Sequence record: OQ973471.1
DNA length: 64,000 bases
Reading direction: 5' to 3' (one strand)
DNA from: Escherichia phage AV101
Below the pieces are notes generated by a model. That model did not search any database and had not been told where the DNA came from. It saw only the letters and a list, made by a program, of their open reading frames with translations. A program made the position numbers and the translations under genes. This document shows positions 27,724 to 36,815 of this stretch, piece by piece; positions within the stretch are counted from its first letter, which is position 1; each line of letters starts with the position of its first letter.

Positions 27724-28406
27724 TCGTTCTCCTTCATCATATTGTCGCAGTCAACACGAGTCTGCTGGAGTTCGCGCGACATGCGAGGATCATCAAGGTT
27801 CACGCTCAGATTCGTGGACAGGTCTTTCAGACCGTTCTGAACCCTGTCTTCAAAGTAATAATCGTTCTCAACCAACCAGGCTCTGAGACCGAGAGCGCGA
27901 GTGCGCCATTCCTTCTTCAGGACGCGATCAGAGGTCTGCGTAGCGCTGTATTCGAATACTTTGATGCACTGGTTGCCATCGTTGATGAGGTTCAGGTGAC
28001 GGCGGCCTATCTGCACACCCTTCTGTAATGCCGGAGAAGGGAGCGAACGGCACTGTCTTACGGTCATTCGGCCTTGGGTGCCCATACGCCCAGTCATGAT
28101 TAAATCGCCAGCCTCCATGCCTCCACGGTTAAATTCGTCGTCATTGAGGTAGCCCTTGAGGTTATAGGCTCCCTGTTTGTAACGGTTGAACTCAATTCCG
28201 GCATTGACGACAGCGGTGAAGACGTTGCCTGTGTTCCAGAGTTCAGCGAAGTTCTCTATGGAACCGGACTTGTCGATGGCAACCGCCTGGGAGAACCCAG
28301 CACAATAGGAAAGGTCGGACCACAGTTTATCACCTGTGGAGTTCAGCTTGGCAGCGGCGGGTAATGCCAGACCAGCCAGCACAACCCCGAGGATTAAACG
28401 TTTCAT
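27720..28406 (-). CDS. Exported/periplasmic protein (228 aa) with N-terminal signal peptide or signal anchor
   Basis: MKRLILGVVLAGLALPAAA N-terminus; AAGGAG RBS. Confidence 0.5.
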   Translation of the reverse strand: MKRLILGVVLAGLALPAAAKLNSTGDKLWSDLSYCAGFSQAVAIDKSGSIENFAELWNTGNVFTAVVNAGIEFNRYKQGAYNLKGYLNDDEFNRGGMEAGDLIMTGRMGTQGRMTVRQCRSLPSPALQKGVQIGRRHLNLINDGNQCIKVFEYSATQTSDRVLKKEWRTRALGLRAWLVENDYYFEDRVQNGLKDLSTNLSVNLDDPRMSRELQQTRVDCDNMMKENE

Positions 28407-28485
28407 GGTGATTCTCCTTATTTCATTGGATGAAATGATAGGCGGCTCACCATGTTGAGTAAAGGGATTCAATAAACTATCGTAT

Positions 28486-28935
28486 TCAGAAACGGGTATC
28501 GCTGACCGTTCTGTATCGCACACCCTGAAACTGTTTAGCGAGTTTAACAAATTCCATCGCTGGCAAATCAACTTTGTAGACCTTCATGCGCTGTTTGCCG
28601 TCCATGTTCAACGCAGCGACAAATCGGTGAGAACCGTCAACAACGTAATTGTCAGAAGATACCCAAACTCGACCCATAGGTTTCTTATTTCTGATCTGCT
28701 TCATAATCTTCCAGACCTTCATTTTATTGATTTCGTTCTGGGTAAGACGAAGTATTTTGATGGGCACTTGCACAGCATCTATGGACACGCCGTTGTCTTC
28801 AAGATATTTGTGAAAATCTTCTTGTTTGTCGGCATCGATTTGTGGCATAGAAGAACGCGAAAGCCCGAGGTTCCCAACAGGAATCCTCAGGCCGTTAATG
28901 ATGTTCAACCAGTCAATAAAAGATGTAAGGAACAT
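28486..28935 (-). CDS. Hypothetical protein
   Basis: 149 aa ORF. Confidence 0.4.
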   Translation of the reverse strand: MFLTSFIDWLNIINGLRIPVGNLGLSRSSMPQIDADKQEDFHKYLEDNGVSIDAVQVPIKILRLTQNEINKMKVWKIMKQIRNKKPMGRVWVSSDNYVVDGSHRFVAALNMDGKQRMKVYKVDLPAMEFVKLAKQFQGVRYRTVSDTRF

Positions 28936-28967
28936 GACACACCTCGGGATATAGGGTTATCCCTTAG

Positions 28968-29159
28968 TTAGCGCATCCATCGATCCTTTCTCTCTTTCTC
29001 CTTGCGTTCGCGACGTTTCTGGTCGGATCGGAATAACCAATAGAAGAAGTTCCCACCCAAGATGAAAACCACCGCGATTATTACTAGGACACCCTTCACA
29101 ATTTCCCAAACCAATTCTTTATCCAAATTATACCTCGTCTTCTTCAGGTCCACCGTCAA
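28968..29159 (-). CDS. Small single-TM membrane protein with highly charged C-terminus (holin-like topology)
   Basis: 63 aa; hydrophobic stretch VLVIIAVVFILGGNFFYWLF followed by KRRERKEKERKDR. Confidence 0.4.
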   Translation of the reverse strand: MTVDLKKTRYNLDKELVWEIVKGVLVIIAVVFILGGNFFYWLFRSDQKRRERKEKERKDRWMR

Positions 29160-29415
29160 TCAGGATACGAGCGGTGTCGAAAGTTTCCCCGCCCGTGTTC
29201 AGCAGCTTAGTCAGATCGTCAAGATATCGAACCGTGCCAAGATCAGATGACCGCGATATAAACTCCAGCATACCATACAACGCTGTTTGGAATCGGCTGT
29301 TATCGATATCGTTCTTTATTACCATCAGGCGCAAGATGTTCTCTGACTGAGTATGGCCAACACACGCCTTGTCTCTGATCATCTCCTTGATAGAACTTCT
29401 CTCTGATGGTGTCAT
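29128..29415 (-). CDS. Hypothetical protein
   Basis: 95 aa ORF. Confidence 0.35.
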   Translation of the reverse strand: MTPSERSSIKEMIRDKACVGHTQSENILRLMVIKNDIDNSRFQTALYGMLEFISRSSDLGTVRYLDDLTKLLNTGGETFDTARILIDGGPEEDEV

Positions 29416-29786
29416 AACGTACCCCCGACAGAGATCAAGAACTCTTCTTGCATGGTCTTGACCGGGTGGTGGTTGCGGGTTTCGATCATGAAGCCCCAGC
29501 CGCCGTCGGCGACGTTGCCAAAGGTCTTGACGCCAAAGGACTTCGTCCCGTTGGAGCAGGAATAGATGTCCAGGACGTATGGGCTACCCTGATTGTCGAT
29601 CCCACGATTCACGTCGTCTGATACGCAGCGCTCAATCATCTTCCCGTTCTTATACAGAACGAGGTCTTGGCCATACGCCTTGAAAGCATAAACACCGTTG
29701 GTAGACACTCCGGTGATGACAGGAGGGGCGGAAACAGCAGCAAAGGAAGCGCCTAGCAGGGCAACAGCGAGGATTAACTTTTTCAT
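29412..29786 (-). CDS. Exported protein (124 aa) with signal peptide
   Basis: MKKLILAVALLGASFAAVSA signal peptide; conserved hairpin and leader upstream. Confidence 0.5.
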   Translation of the reverse strand: MKKLILAVALLGASFAAVSAPPVITGVSTNGVYAFKAYGQDLVLYKNGKMIERCVSDDVNRGIDNQGSPYVLDIYSCSNGTKSFGVKTFGNVADGGWGFMIETRNHHPVKTMQEEFLISVGGTL

Positions 29787-29810
29787 GATATAGTCTCTTG
29801 GTTTCAAATG

Positions 29811-29832
29811 GGCGGGGTAATCATACCCCGCC
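29811..29832 (-). repeat. Conserved leader hairpin, copy 1
   Basis: GGCGGGGTA-TGAT-TACCCCGCC immediately upstream of RBS. Confidence 0.6.
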
Positions 29833-29838
29833 GTGGGT

Positions 29839-30345
29839 TTATAGAGTAACAAGTGATACGGTAAAAACCATCGTCCCGTCTGTTGCCATTTTTCTTGAAA
29901 CTGGTATGACGCGAGGCTGGCAGAATATCCATTCTTTCTCCATGGACGCCAAGTCCAGCATATCCATTTCTGATTCATCGCCTTTGTTCACAAATTTTTC
30001 TAGAGAACCATAGACATTAAGCCCCTCCGGGAGTCTGTTTCGATGTTTGTAACAAATGCGGGCAACAGCTTTGGTTCCGTACGATTTAGAAAATTTTTTG
30101 GCCACATGCTTCAGTTCACTGAAGCTAAGACAAGAGTCCCATGTCTGGAACATGTCGCCTCGTTCAAACATTATCTCTAAACGCGCAACGTCCTCTTTAG
30201 GCAACCCACGATAAAGTGTGGTCGTCTGTGGTTCGCGCAATTCTTGCACCAGATCGCGGACGGCAGGGGAAACAGTACCGGGGCGCATGATGTGGGACTT
30301 ATCATGGACGAGGTAAAATAAATCTTGAATTTGTTGATCGGTCAT
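29839..30345 (-). CDS. Hypothetical protein (168 aa)
   Basis: Start at conserved leader; hairpin upstream. Confidence 0.45.
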   Translation of the reverse strand: MTDQQIQDLFYLVHDKSHIMRPGTVSPAVRDLVQELREPQTTTLYRGLPKEDVARLEIMFERGDMFQTWDSCLSFSELKHVAKKFSKSYGTKAVARICYKHRNRLPEGLNVYGSLEKFVNKGDESEMDMLDLASMEKEWIFCQPRVIPVSRKMATDGTMVFTVSLVTL

Positions 30346-30369
30346 GGTATAGTTCCTGCATTTCAAATA

Positions 30370-30391
30370 GACGGGGTAATCATACCCCGCC
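30370..30391 (-). repeat. Conserved leader hairpin, copy 2
   Basis: Same 20-nt core CGGGGTAATCATACCCCGCC about 560 bp from copy 1. Confidence 0.6.
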
Positions 30392-30404
30392 CAAAGTTAT
30401 AGAA

Positions 30405-30644
30405 TTAACTGATGTGCTTCAGAAGAGCGAAGAGGATCGCGGCCTTGGCCTTTACCTTTCCCACGATGCCTGTCTCGACATCAACTTCTTCAGCAACCCA
30501 CTCTTTTCCCTTCTTGCTGATGATAACGTCACGGCGCTGTGCGTAGACTTCTTTGGTCGCATACACACGGCGGAACCCTTTAGCGCGGAGCAATCCCCAA
30601 TTGCGATCAATTTCTACTGAGGTTTCTACCATTTTGTTCTTCAT
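30405..30644 (-). CDS. Hypothetical protein
   Basis: 79 aa ORF. Confidence 0.4.
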   Translation of the reverse strand: MKNKMVETSVEIDRNWGLLRAKGFRRVYATKEVYAQRRDVIISKKGKEWVAEEVDVETGIVGKVKAKAAILFALLKHIS

Positions 30645-30766
30645 GTTATAATCTTACCTTTCAACCCGGTGAACCCATCGTTCGCCAGTTATTGAATAAT
30701 AGGACATTCCTTAGAGGAAGTAAACCCCTAAAAGTAAAAATCCCCAACGTTTGTTGGGGACTTCTG

Positions 30767-31090
30767 TTATTTGCGCAGGGCAACCACGAGTTCAGAGAGT
30801 TCACCCATGGTCGGGTCATCGCCTTTACTACCTAGCCACCCGTCGTCGATTTCGACCTGAAACTCTTCTTCGAGGTCCATTACAATTTCGATAGCGTCCA
30901 GTTCATCACCGCCGAGGTCTTTCTTGGTACGGAGGCCAGCCAGCTTGTCCAGGGCGTCCTCGTTCTGAGATGCCACGTCGTCCAGCAATTTGCGCTTGTC
31001 ATCGTCACGCCACAGATCCATATTCAGATTGTCGGTGGCGTACTGAGCCAGATGACGCATGACTTCAACATATGTTGGTTTACTGCTCAT
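30767..31090 (-). CDS. Acyl-carrier-protein-like acidic protein with Ser-to-Glu substitution at the phosphopantetheine site
   Basis: KKDLGGDELDAIEIVMDLEEEFQVEIDD aligns with E. coli ACP [27 protein letters not shown]; the DSL serine is E here. Confidence 0.55.
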   Translation of the reverse strand: MSSKPTYVEVMRHLAQYATDNLNMDLWRDDDKRKLLDDVASQNEDALDKLAGLRTKKDLGGDELDAIEIVMDLEEEFQVEIDDGWLGSKGDDPTMGELSELVVALRK

Positions 31091-31132
31091 GCTACTTCTC
31101 CCAAAGAAAGGCGGGTTGCCCCGCCCGTTGGA

Positions 31133-33376
31133 TTAGATTTTGATTTCTTTCTCTGTCAGTTCGGCAGTGACCTTGTACTTCACGCCATCCACTTCAACTT
31201 CCATGGTGGACTCTTCCAGGTCGAGGTCGGTGAACCAGCCGTGGCCAGCAACGATACCATACACCACTTTAGACAGTGTCTTGTTCAGGGCACGGACTTC
31301 GGTGATGGCCGCCTTGGCAGCAGCGTCGATCCAGTTTTCGATCAGCTGTTTCTGTAAGGCTTCAGGCACGGCAGTGATCATAGGAGACTTCACGAATGCT
31401 TCGTACTCTTTCAGAGCATTGGCGATGAACAAGTCACCAGCATTGAGTTTCTTGTTCTCGGCAATCTTCTTCTGTACCGCTGCGATAGACGGTAGAGATG
31501 AAGCGCCAGCGATCTTCACGTTCAGCTCACGGCTCATGTAGAAGTCGGTAGACTCTTTGGTCTCAGTCTTCGGTGAGAAGCCGTAATCGCGGATGCCGTA
31601 GGAGGACAGGAACTCGGCCGCCTCAGCGCCGTACTGTACTGCCAGGCCTTTGGCGTTACCCTTACCAACCAGGGCGTCTCGATAGAACTTCAGCACCTTC
31701 TGCTTGCCTTTCAGGGCTTCCAGACGGACATTATCCGCAAAGAACTGAGCAGCACTGATGTTCTTGACCATGGCGCGGTTGACCAGCGGTACGCTTTCCA
31801 GGTTCAGGACAAACACTTCCGGACCACCAAACACGTGGACGCCCATTTCGATCAGCTTTTGTACAACTTCGATATCAGCCTTGAACGGCAGAGTCTTCAC
31901 GTTAATGATACCGTCTTTGACGATGGTGTAGTTGCGCCACTGGAAGGTGTCCAGTTCTTCAGGTAGACCAAACTTCTTCTGTGCGAATTCAGGCACAGCC
32001 ACAGTACCGTGTTGAATTGTACGCACACTGATGTTCGGGCGCTCGGAGTTATAGACCAAATCACTGATTGGCACAACACCCAGATCGTTGGTAGGTTCGA
32101 ACGTCGGGTTCCACTCTTCGTGTTCTGCCAGCTTGAGAGCCAGGGCTTTACGCTCTTCTTTGGACTGAGCATTCGCGATCTGTTCTGCCAGCTTGTCTTC
32201 GGTGTCGTCGGTTTTCTGCACAGTACCGCGCCCGATACTCTTATAGGAGAACATCGGATGCTTGGTAGCAACAGGCACACCAGCTTCAGCCAGGTACGTC
32301 AGCACATCAACGACGGTCGTCGCATCTTCAGCCGGAACCAGGTCATAGTCAATACCGTCAACACCGCGCAGCTGGTCGTCAACGATGGCCTGGGTCAGAT
32401 CGTTCTTGATGTTGGAATAGTCCTGCTTGGTGAAGCAGTTGCTGTACTGTTTGATGAAGCGGACGTCGCCCGTCTTCTTCAGCGCAGCCCAAACCAGATC
32501 TGCGTCCATAGTGTGTACACCGTAGAACGCCAGCACGTATGCCGCCTGGATGTCCGTCAGGCTATCCATCTGGTCGATCATGTTAGGGTTTACAACCCAC
32601 AGCTTGGTGACGCTCTCAGGGATGCTCACATAGCCGACCGGGTGAGAGTCATCGTCCTGTACTGCCAGCACGGTTGCCACACCGTTTTCGACGTAGATGG
32701 CATGGGTGTAGATGACTGGGACATCAACAACCACCTTCGGCACTGAAGACTTCAGTACGTTTTCCAGCTCGGTCTGATATTCGGTCTGGCCTTCGGCAAA
32801 CACGTGAGTCGCGCCAGAGCGCTCGGACATCAGAGCCAGCAGTTCGCGGTTACAGTGCCAGCCGTATTCGATAAATGTAATGTTATCGAAAGCAAATGGC
32901 AGGGTCTCAGCAACCAGTAGAATTTCGTTGGTACGCCAGCAGTTGTCATACCCGTCAGTCATAAATGCCAGGTTGTTGACGTAGCCAGGTTTCTTCAGGT
33001 CACGCGCAGTATCCATCGCCAGTTTCAATGGCTCAACGAAACCAGTACAGCCGGATGGTTGCAGGAAACGGTCGATCAGTTTGTTCAGCTCGCTCAGGTC
33101 AGACGCAGCACTAACCTGGCGGCCAGCGAACACAGTACCAAAGTCGCCTTTGGAGGAGAAATACAGAACGCTCACAGTGTCTTCCGGCTTCACCAGGGAT
33201 GGCAGGTTCTCCTTCAGGTGCTTGCGGACTTCAGGGAGCGCACGGTACATAGAGCCGGAAATGTCTACAACGATTACATGGTTGGACGGAGCAGCAGTCG
33301 CAACCGCATTCTTAAATTCTAATGATTCAATCATTGTTCTCTTCGCCTTGTGCGTAAGGGTTAAGTTCAGACTCAT
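31133..33376 (-). CDS. von Willebrand factor A (vWA) domain protein (about 730-747 aa)
   Basis: N-terminal MIDAS motif VIVVDISGSM; start could be the internal ATG at 33334. Confidence 0.6.
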   Translation of the reverse strand: MSLNLTLTHKAKRTMIESLEFKNAVATAAPSNHVIVVDISGSMYRALPEVRKHLKENLPSLVKPEDTVSVLYFSSKGDFGTVFAGRQVSAASDLSELNKLIDRFLQPSGCTGFVEPLKLAMDTARDLKKPGYVNNLAFMTDGYDNCWRTNEILLVAETLPFAFDNITFIEYGWHCNRELLALMSERSGATHVFAEGQTEYQTELENVLKSSVPKVVVDVPVIYTHAIYVENGVATVLAVQDDDSHPVGYVSIPESVTKLWVVNPNMIDQMDSLTDIQAAYVLAFYGVHTMDADLVWAALKKTGDVRFIKQYSNCFTKQDYSNIKNDLTQAIVDDQLRGVDGIDYDLVPAEDATTVVDVLTYLAEAGVPVATKHPMFSYKSIGRGTVQKTDDTEDKLAEQIANAQSKEERKALALKLAEHEEWNPTFEPTNDLGVVPISDLVYNSERPNISVRTIQHGTVAVPEFAQKKFGLPEELDTFQWRNYTIVKDGIINVKTLPFKADIEVVQKLIEMGVHVFGGPEVFVLNLESVPLVNRAMVKNISAAQFFADNVRLEALKGKQKVLKFYRDALVGKGNAKGLAVQYGAEAAEFLSSYGIRDYGFSPKTETKESTDFYMSRELNVKIAGASSLPSIAAVQKKIAENKKLNAGDLFIANALKEYEAFVKSPMITAVPEALQKQLIENWIDAAAKAAITEVRALNKTLSKVVYGIVAGHGWFTDLDLEESTMEVEVDGVKYKVTAELTEKEIKI

Positions 33377-33644
33377 CAGCGGCTTCGATGCGCGTCTTTA
33401 CAGAGTCCAGCATATTGTTGATAAACTCACGAGACTGCTCCAGCTGAGCCAAGAGCACATCCTTTGGAGCATAGTTCTGAATGCAAGCCGGAATACTTTC
33501 AGACGTCGCCTTCAGGTCGGTAAAACATTCTTTCAGTATCATTTGATCTCACTTAACAGAGACGACGCCCTGTTGGGATTTAATAGCGGTCTTCACAGAC
33601 ATCAGGTTTCCCTCAAAACAGGGGAGTCTCCTCCCCTTCGGTTA

Positions 33645-35309
33645 TCAGATTTGTGAGGCCAGTTCTGTCACCAGAGGAGCGGCACGGACACGCGCATCTT
33701 CCAGCGTTTGGGTGTTGAAGAACTCGCCATCACGATACACCAGCTGGTGCTGGTTGTCGGCGTCTTGCACCTGATCAAAGGTGATACCGTCAACCAACAC
33801 TAGTTTACCCTGAGAGTCTTTAATGACTTTAAGGAAACCACGCGCAGACTTTTTAGTCCCGCCTTTATCGGTCTTCGGCTCTTTGAAGATCTCACGGAAT
33901 TCACCGTTCACTTTACCAGCCGTGGCTTTCACTGCTGTGCCAGTACTGTCACGGGTGTTCATCTGGTAGGTGTAGGAACCGATACCGAACACCACGTTGA
34001 TGGAAGCGAAGTTCCGGTCAGCCAGACGGCTAAAGATCTGGTCTTCACGCGACAGGGTGATAGAATCACCGTAGATCAGGCCGATGTGCTCATCCAACAG
34101 GAAGTGCCCAGTTTCAGTCTGGGTGCCACCAAAGATCTCCCACAGGCGCTGGATAGAGCCGACCGCTTCTGAACGGCTGATGATATTACGGTCATCTGCC
34201 ATCAGAGAGTTGATCGTGCCTTCGCCTGTGATCAGGTGATAGGTGTTCGTCTCTTCGATGTGGATGACTTCGGTGCTGCTGGACACGCCGCTGATGTTCA
34301 GCGTAGCGCGGTCTTTGAACCCCTCGATACGGTAGCCGCCGACGATGTGCACAGGGTCACCAGAGTCAGGGCGGATCACGACTTTACCATTGCGCGCCAT
34401 GATAATGTCTTTCAGGCGAGGCAGATAGTCGTCGATGACCTGCCAGTAATCCCACGCATCAGACACGATGCTGACGATGCCATCAGGATACACGTCCTGC
34501 ACCAGGCGGCGGAAGGTTTCGAATTCGCCATCCTTCGTGCCCATACACATCACGGCGTGTTCGGTAGCCGCAACAGAACCAGCAACGACATAATCTTCGT
34601 CGATGTCTGCGCCATAATACTCTTCTACGAAGTCCAGGGCAGGGTTGGTGTCGGTGCCTTTGAAGAACACCAGATGACCGGAACCGGAAGACGCGGCGTC
34701 ATGCCACCCGCTCATACCACGGAAGGAGAAGTCGTGGCCTTGGTAGTCGATGAACCAATGGTCCGGTGATACTCCCGTAGCGAGGGCAGCTTTCACCATC
34801 AGTGCCTTGTAATGCAGAGCGATGGTGGCGTTCGTCATCGGCTTCCAGATCTCAGAGCTGAACACAGTCTCCAGATAGTTGGTCAGCCAGTAGAACTCCG
34901 GCAGGGTATTGAACATCACATACACCGGAACACCATACGGACACATGGTGCCTTCAGGCAGCGCACGGACTTCGATAGGCAGGTAGCCGAGGTCATGCAG
35001 GGCTTCAATATGCTCTGTGCCGACGCGGCCTGGACCCAGGACTTTGTTCATGCGACGGGCATACTTCTTCAGCACCTTGGTCTTCGGGCGCTGGAAGAAT
35101 GCTTCGTCAAACAGTTCGTGGAACCAGGTCATGAAGCCCTGGATACCCCAGACCACCACGCCGTTCTTCGGCAGGTGAGAGTTGAAAAGTTTGTTAGAGC
35201 GCGGAGTTCCGTTGGAGAACACCAGCTCACTGCCTTCAGGGAACTGATAGATGTGCCCCGATTTGTAGAAGTCGATCGCATGGATTGGGTCTAAGTGGCG
35301 CATGCTCAT
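33645..35309 (-). CDS. nadV: Nicotinamide phosphoribosyltransferase (NAMPT/NadV)-family enzyme; possibly a nicotinamide ADP-ribose transferase of an NAD+ reconstitution pathway
   Basis: 554 aa; N-terminal DFYKSGH motif and overall NAMPT-like layout; 4-bp overlap with Prs-like gene. Confidence 0.8.
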   Translation of the reverse strand: MSMRHLDPIHAIDFYKSGHIYQFPEGSELVFSNGTPRSNKLFNSHLPKNGVVVWGIQGFMTWFHELFDEAFFQRPKTKVLKKYARRMNKVLGPGRVGTEHIEALHDLGYLPIEVRALPEGTMCPYGVPVYVMFNTLPEFYWLTNYLETVFSSEIWKPMTNATIALHYKALMVKAALATGVSPDHWFIDYQGHDFSFRGMSGWHDAASSGSGHLVFFKGTDTNPALDFVEEYYGADIDEDYVVAGSVAATEHAVMCMGTKDGEFETFRRLVQDVYPDGIVSIVSDAWDYWQVIDDYLPRLKDIIMARNGKVVIRPDSGDPVHIVGGYRIEGFKDRATLNISGVSSSTEVIHIEETNTYHLITGEGTINSLMADDRNIISRSEAVGSIQRLWEIFGGTQTETGHFLLDEHIGLIYGDSITLSREDQIFSRLADRNFASINVVFGIGSYTYQMNTRDSTGTAVKATAGKVNGEFREIFKEPKTDKGGTKKSARGFLKVIKDSQGKLVLVDGITFDQVQDADNQHQLVYRDGEFFNTQTLEDARVRAAPLVTELASQI

Positions 35310-36160
35310 TTTACACGTCCTGTATTTTCAGTTTTGAAAGGAAGCCCGTCGGCGGTGATGTTCTCCCACCAGACAGTGTCGGCATACACAGCATCATAGA
35401 TCCCGTCGAAAACAGAGAGACCTTTGCTGAAGATGCCATGGGTAACGAAGAGCGTCATGTGCTTAGGCTTGTGCTTCTGAAGCTCTTTGCCTAACTCAAC
35501 GAACGTGCGCCCACCGTCGCAGATATCATCGACCACCACCAGATAGCGGTCTTTGATCAGTTCAGGGTTTGTAACACTCACCCCAATGATCTCACCAGTC
35601 TTGGTATCGCGGTTCTTATGGCCGTAGACAACAGGAACACCGTCCAACGATAGGCTGAGGGCTTCGGTCTTCTTAGTCGCGCCGCCGTCAGGAGCTACCA
35701 ACACAGCGTTGTTCCCACGGATGAACCAGCCCAGATACTGACGCACGATGTAATCTTGCGGGACAACATGAACGTTGTTGATCAGAGAAGACACAACATG
35801 GCTGTGAGGATCTTTGATTACCACGCGGTCAAAGTTCATGCTATTGATGAATTCAGCCGCCCACTTCACAGACAGAGGCTCACCGAAGTCACAATGGCGG
35901 TCCTGGCGAGCATACGGGAAGTAAGGGATATACGCATGGAATGTCGTCAGACGGTCCACGTTACTCAGACCACGAACGGCGTTTACCAGAAGCGCCAGCT
36001 CAATGAAGTCGGCTGATGATTTGATGTGAGCATCAATCACCACGTTCTGAACGTGGCCGATAGGGATACCAGACTTTTGGATCTTGATATGTTCCTCACC
36101 ACCTGGGAAGGTGAAGTGTTTGTAGAACACATCTTGGTCGTTCAATTTCAAACGAAACAT
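35306..36160 (-). CDS. prs: Ribose-phosphate pyrophosphokinase (Prs)-family enzyme; possibly an ADP-ribose pyrophosphokinase
   Basis: 284 aa; YFPYARQDR, DGGATKKT and VVVDDICDGGRT motifs of the Prs/PRTase fold. Confidence 0.8.
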   Translation of the reverse strand: MFRLKLNDQDVFYKHFTFPGGEEHIKIQKSGIPIGHVQNVVIDAHIKSSADFIELALLVNAVRGLSNVDRLTTFHAYIPYFPYARQDRHCDFGEPLSVKWAAEFINSMNFDRVVIKDPHSHVVSSLINNVHVVPQDYIVRQYLGWFIRGNNAVLVAPDGGATKKTEALSLSLDGVPVVYGHKNRDTKTGEIIGVSVTNPELIKDRYLVVVDDICDGGRTFVELGKELQKHKPKHMTLFVTHGIFSKGLSVFDGIYDAVYADTVWWENITADGLPFKTENTGRVK

Positions 36161-36268
36161 AATGCAGCCTCATGGTGTATTGTACAGCCGTATTATACTG
36201 TGACGCACAAATTGAAACGCCCAGCAAATTCACTGGACGTTATTGATATTGAAAAGGTTTTGACAAAC

Positions 36269-36505
36269 TCAGGATTTGGAGGAAGCACCCTTCCATGTCT
36301 GACGTTTGTAGTGGGAAGCCATGGCCATCGACCCGGCGTATTGCGTTTCACCCCTGACTACCACAGCCACAACCAGCTTATGTCGCAACAGGAAGTCCAG
36401 ACCTGACTTAGACGGGATATCGCCAATGCTCAGTGGACCACGATTGTACAGGGCATACATGGTGTCAAGCGCCGCCCCGGTAAAAATAATCTCTTTAGAC
36501 ATGGT
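36269..36505 (-). CDS. Hypothetical protein (78 aa)
   Basis: Internal-start ORF beginning MSKEI. Confidence 0.35.
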   Translation of the reverse strand, partial: TMSKEIIFTGAALDTMYALYNRGPLSIGDIPSKSGLDFLLRHKLVVAVVVRGETQYAGSMAMASHYKRQTWKGASSKS

Positions 36506-36509
36506 GGTC

Positions 36510-36815
36510 TCACTTAAACGAGTCAACGGTGGATGTAAGAATTTCGGGGGTGGGTTTGGCGTCTTGTGGTTCACGGAAACCCACCTTTGCGATGCGGTCC
36601 AAGACATTGTACACTTCGCGCGGAAGGGTGTCTACGACCGTGTCCGACATGAACACCACGTCTTCTTGGATGGCGTTGTATTCAGCCAGTTTAGCCAGTT
36701 CTGATTCTACCAGGGACTTCAGCTTTTGCAATGGGTCGTTGCAATAGTTGAGACGGTTGCAGTTAGTGAGCGCCTGAGTTAGATTCTCAAACGCTTCTTG
36801 TATTTCCTTTGACAT
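36510..36815 (-). CDS. Hypothetical protein (101 aa)
   Basis: Internal-start ORF beginning MSKEI. Confidence 0.35.
   Translation of the reverse strand: MSKEIQEAFENLTQALTNCNRLNYCNDPLQKLKSLVESELAKLAEYNAIQEDVVFMSDTVVDTLPREVYNVLDRIAKVGFREPQDAKPTPEILTSTVDSFK

Noticed and set aside
32009-32746. 245-aa plus-strand ORF
   Set aside because: Antisense to the vWA-domain gene; no RBS or promoter.
33327-33542. 71-aa minus-strand ORF overlapping the 5' end of the vWA gene
   Set aside because: Overlaps the vWA gene start by 8-50 bp depending on start choice and has no clear RBS; kept out of the feature list as uncertain.
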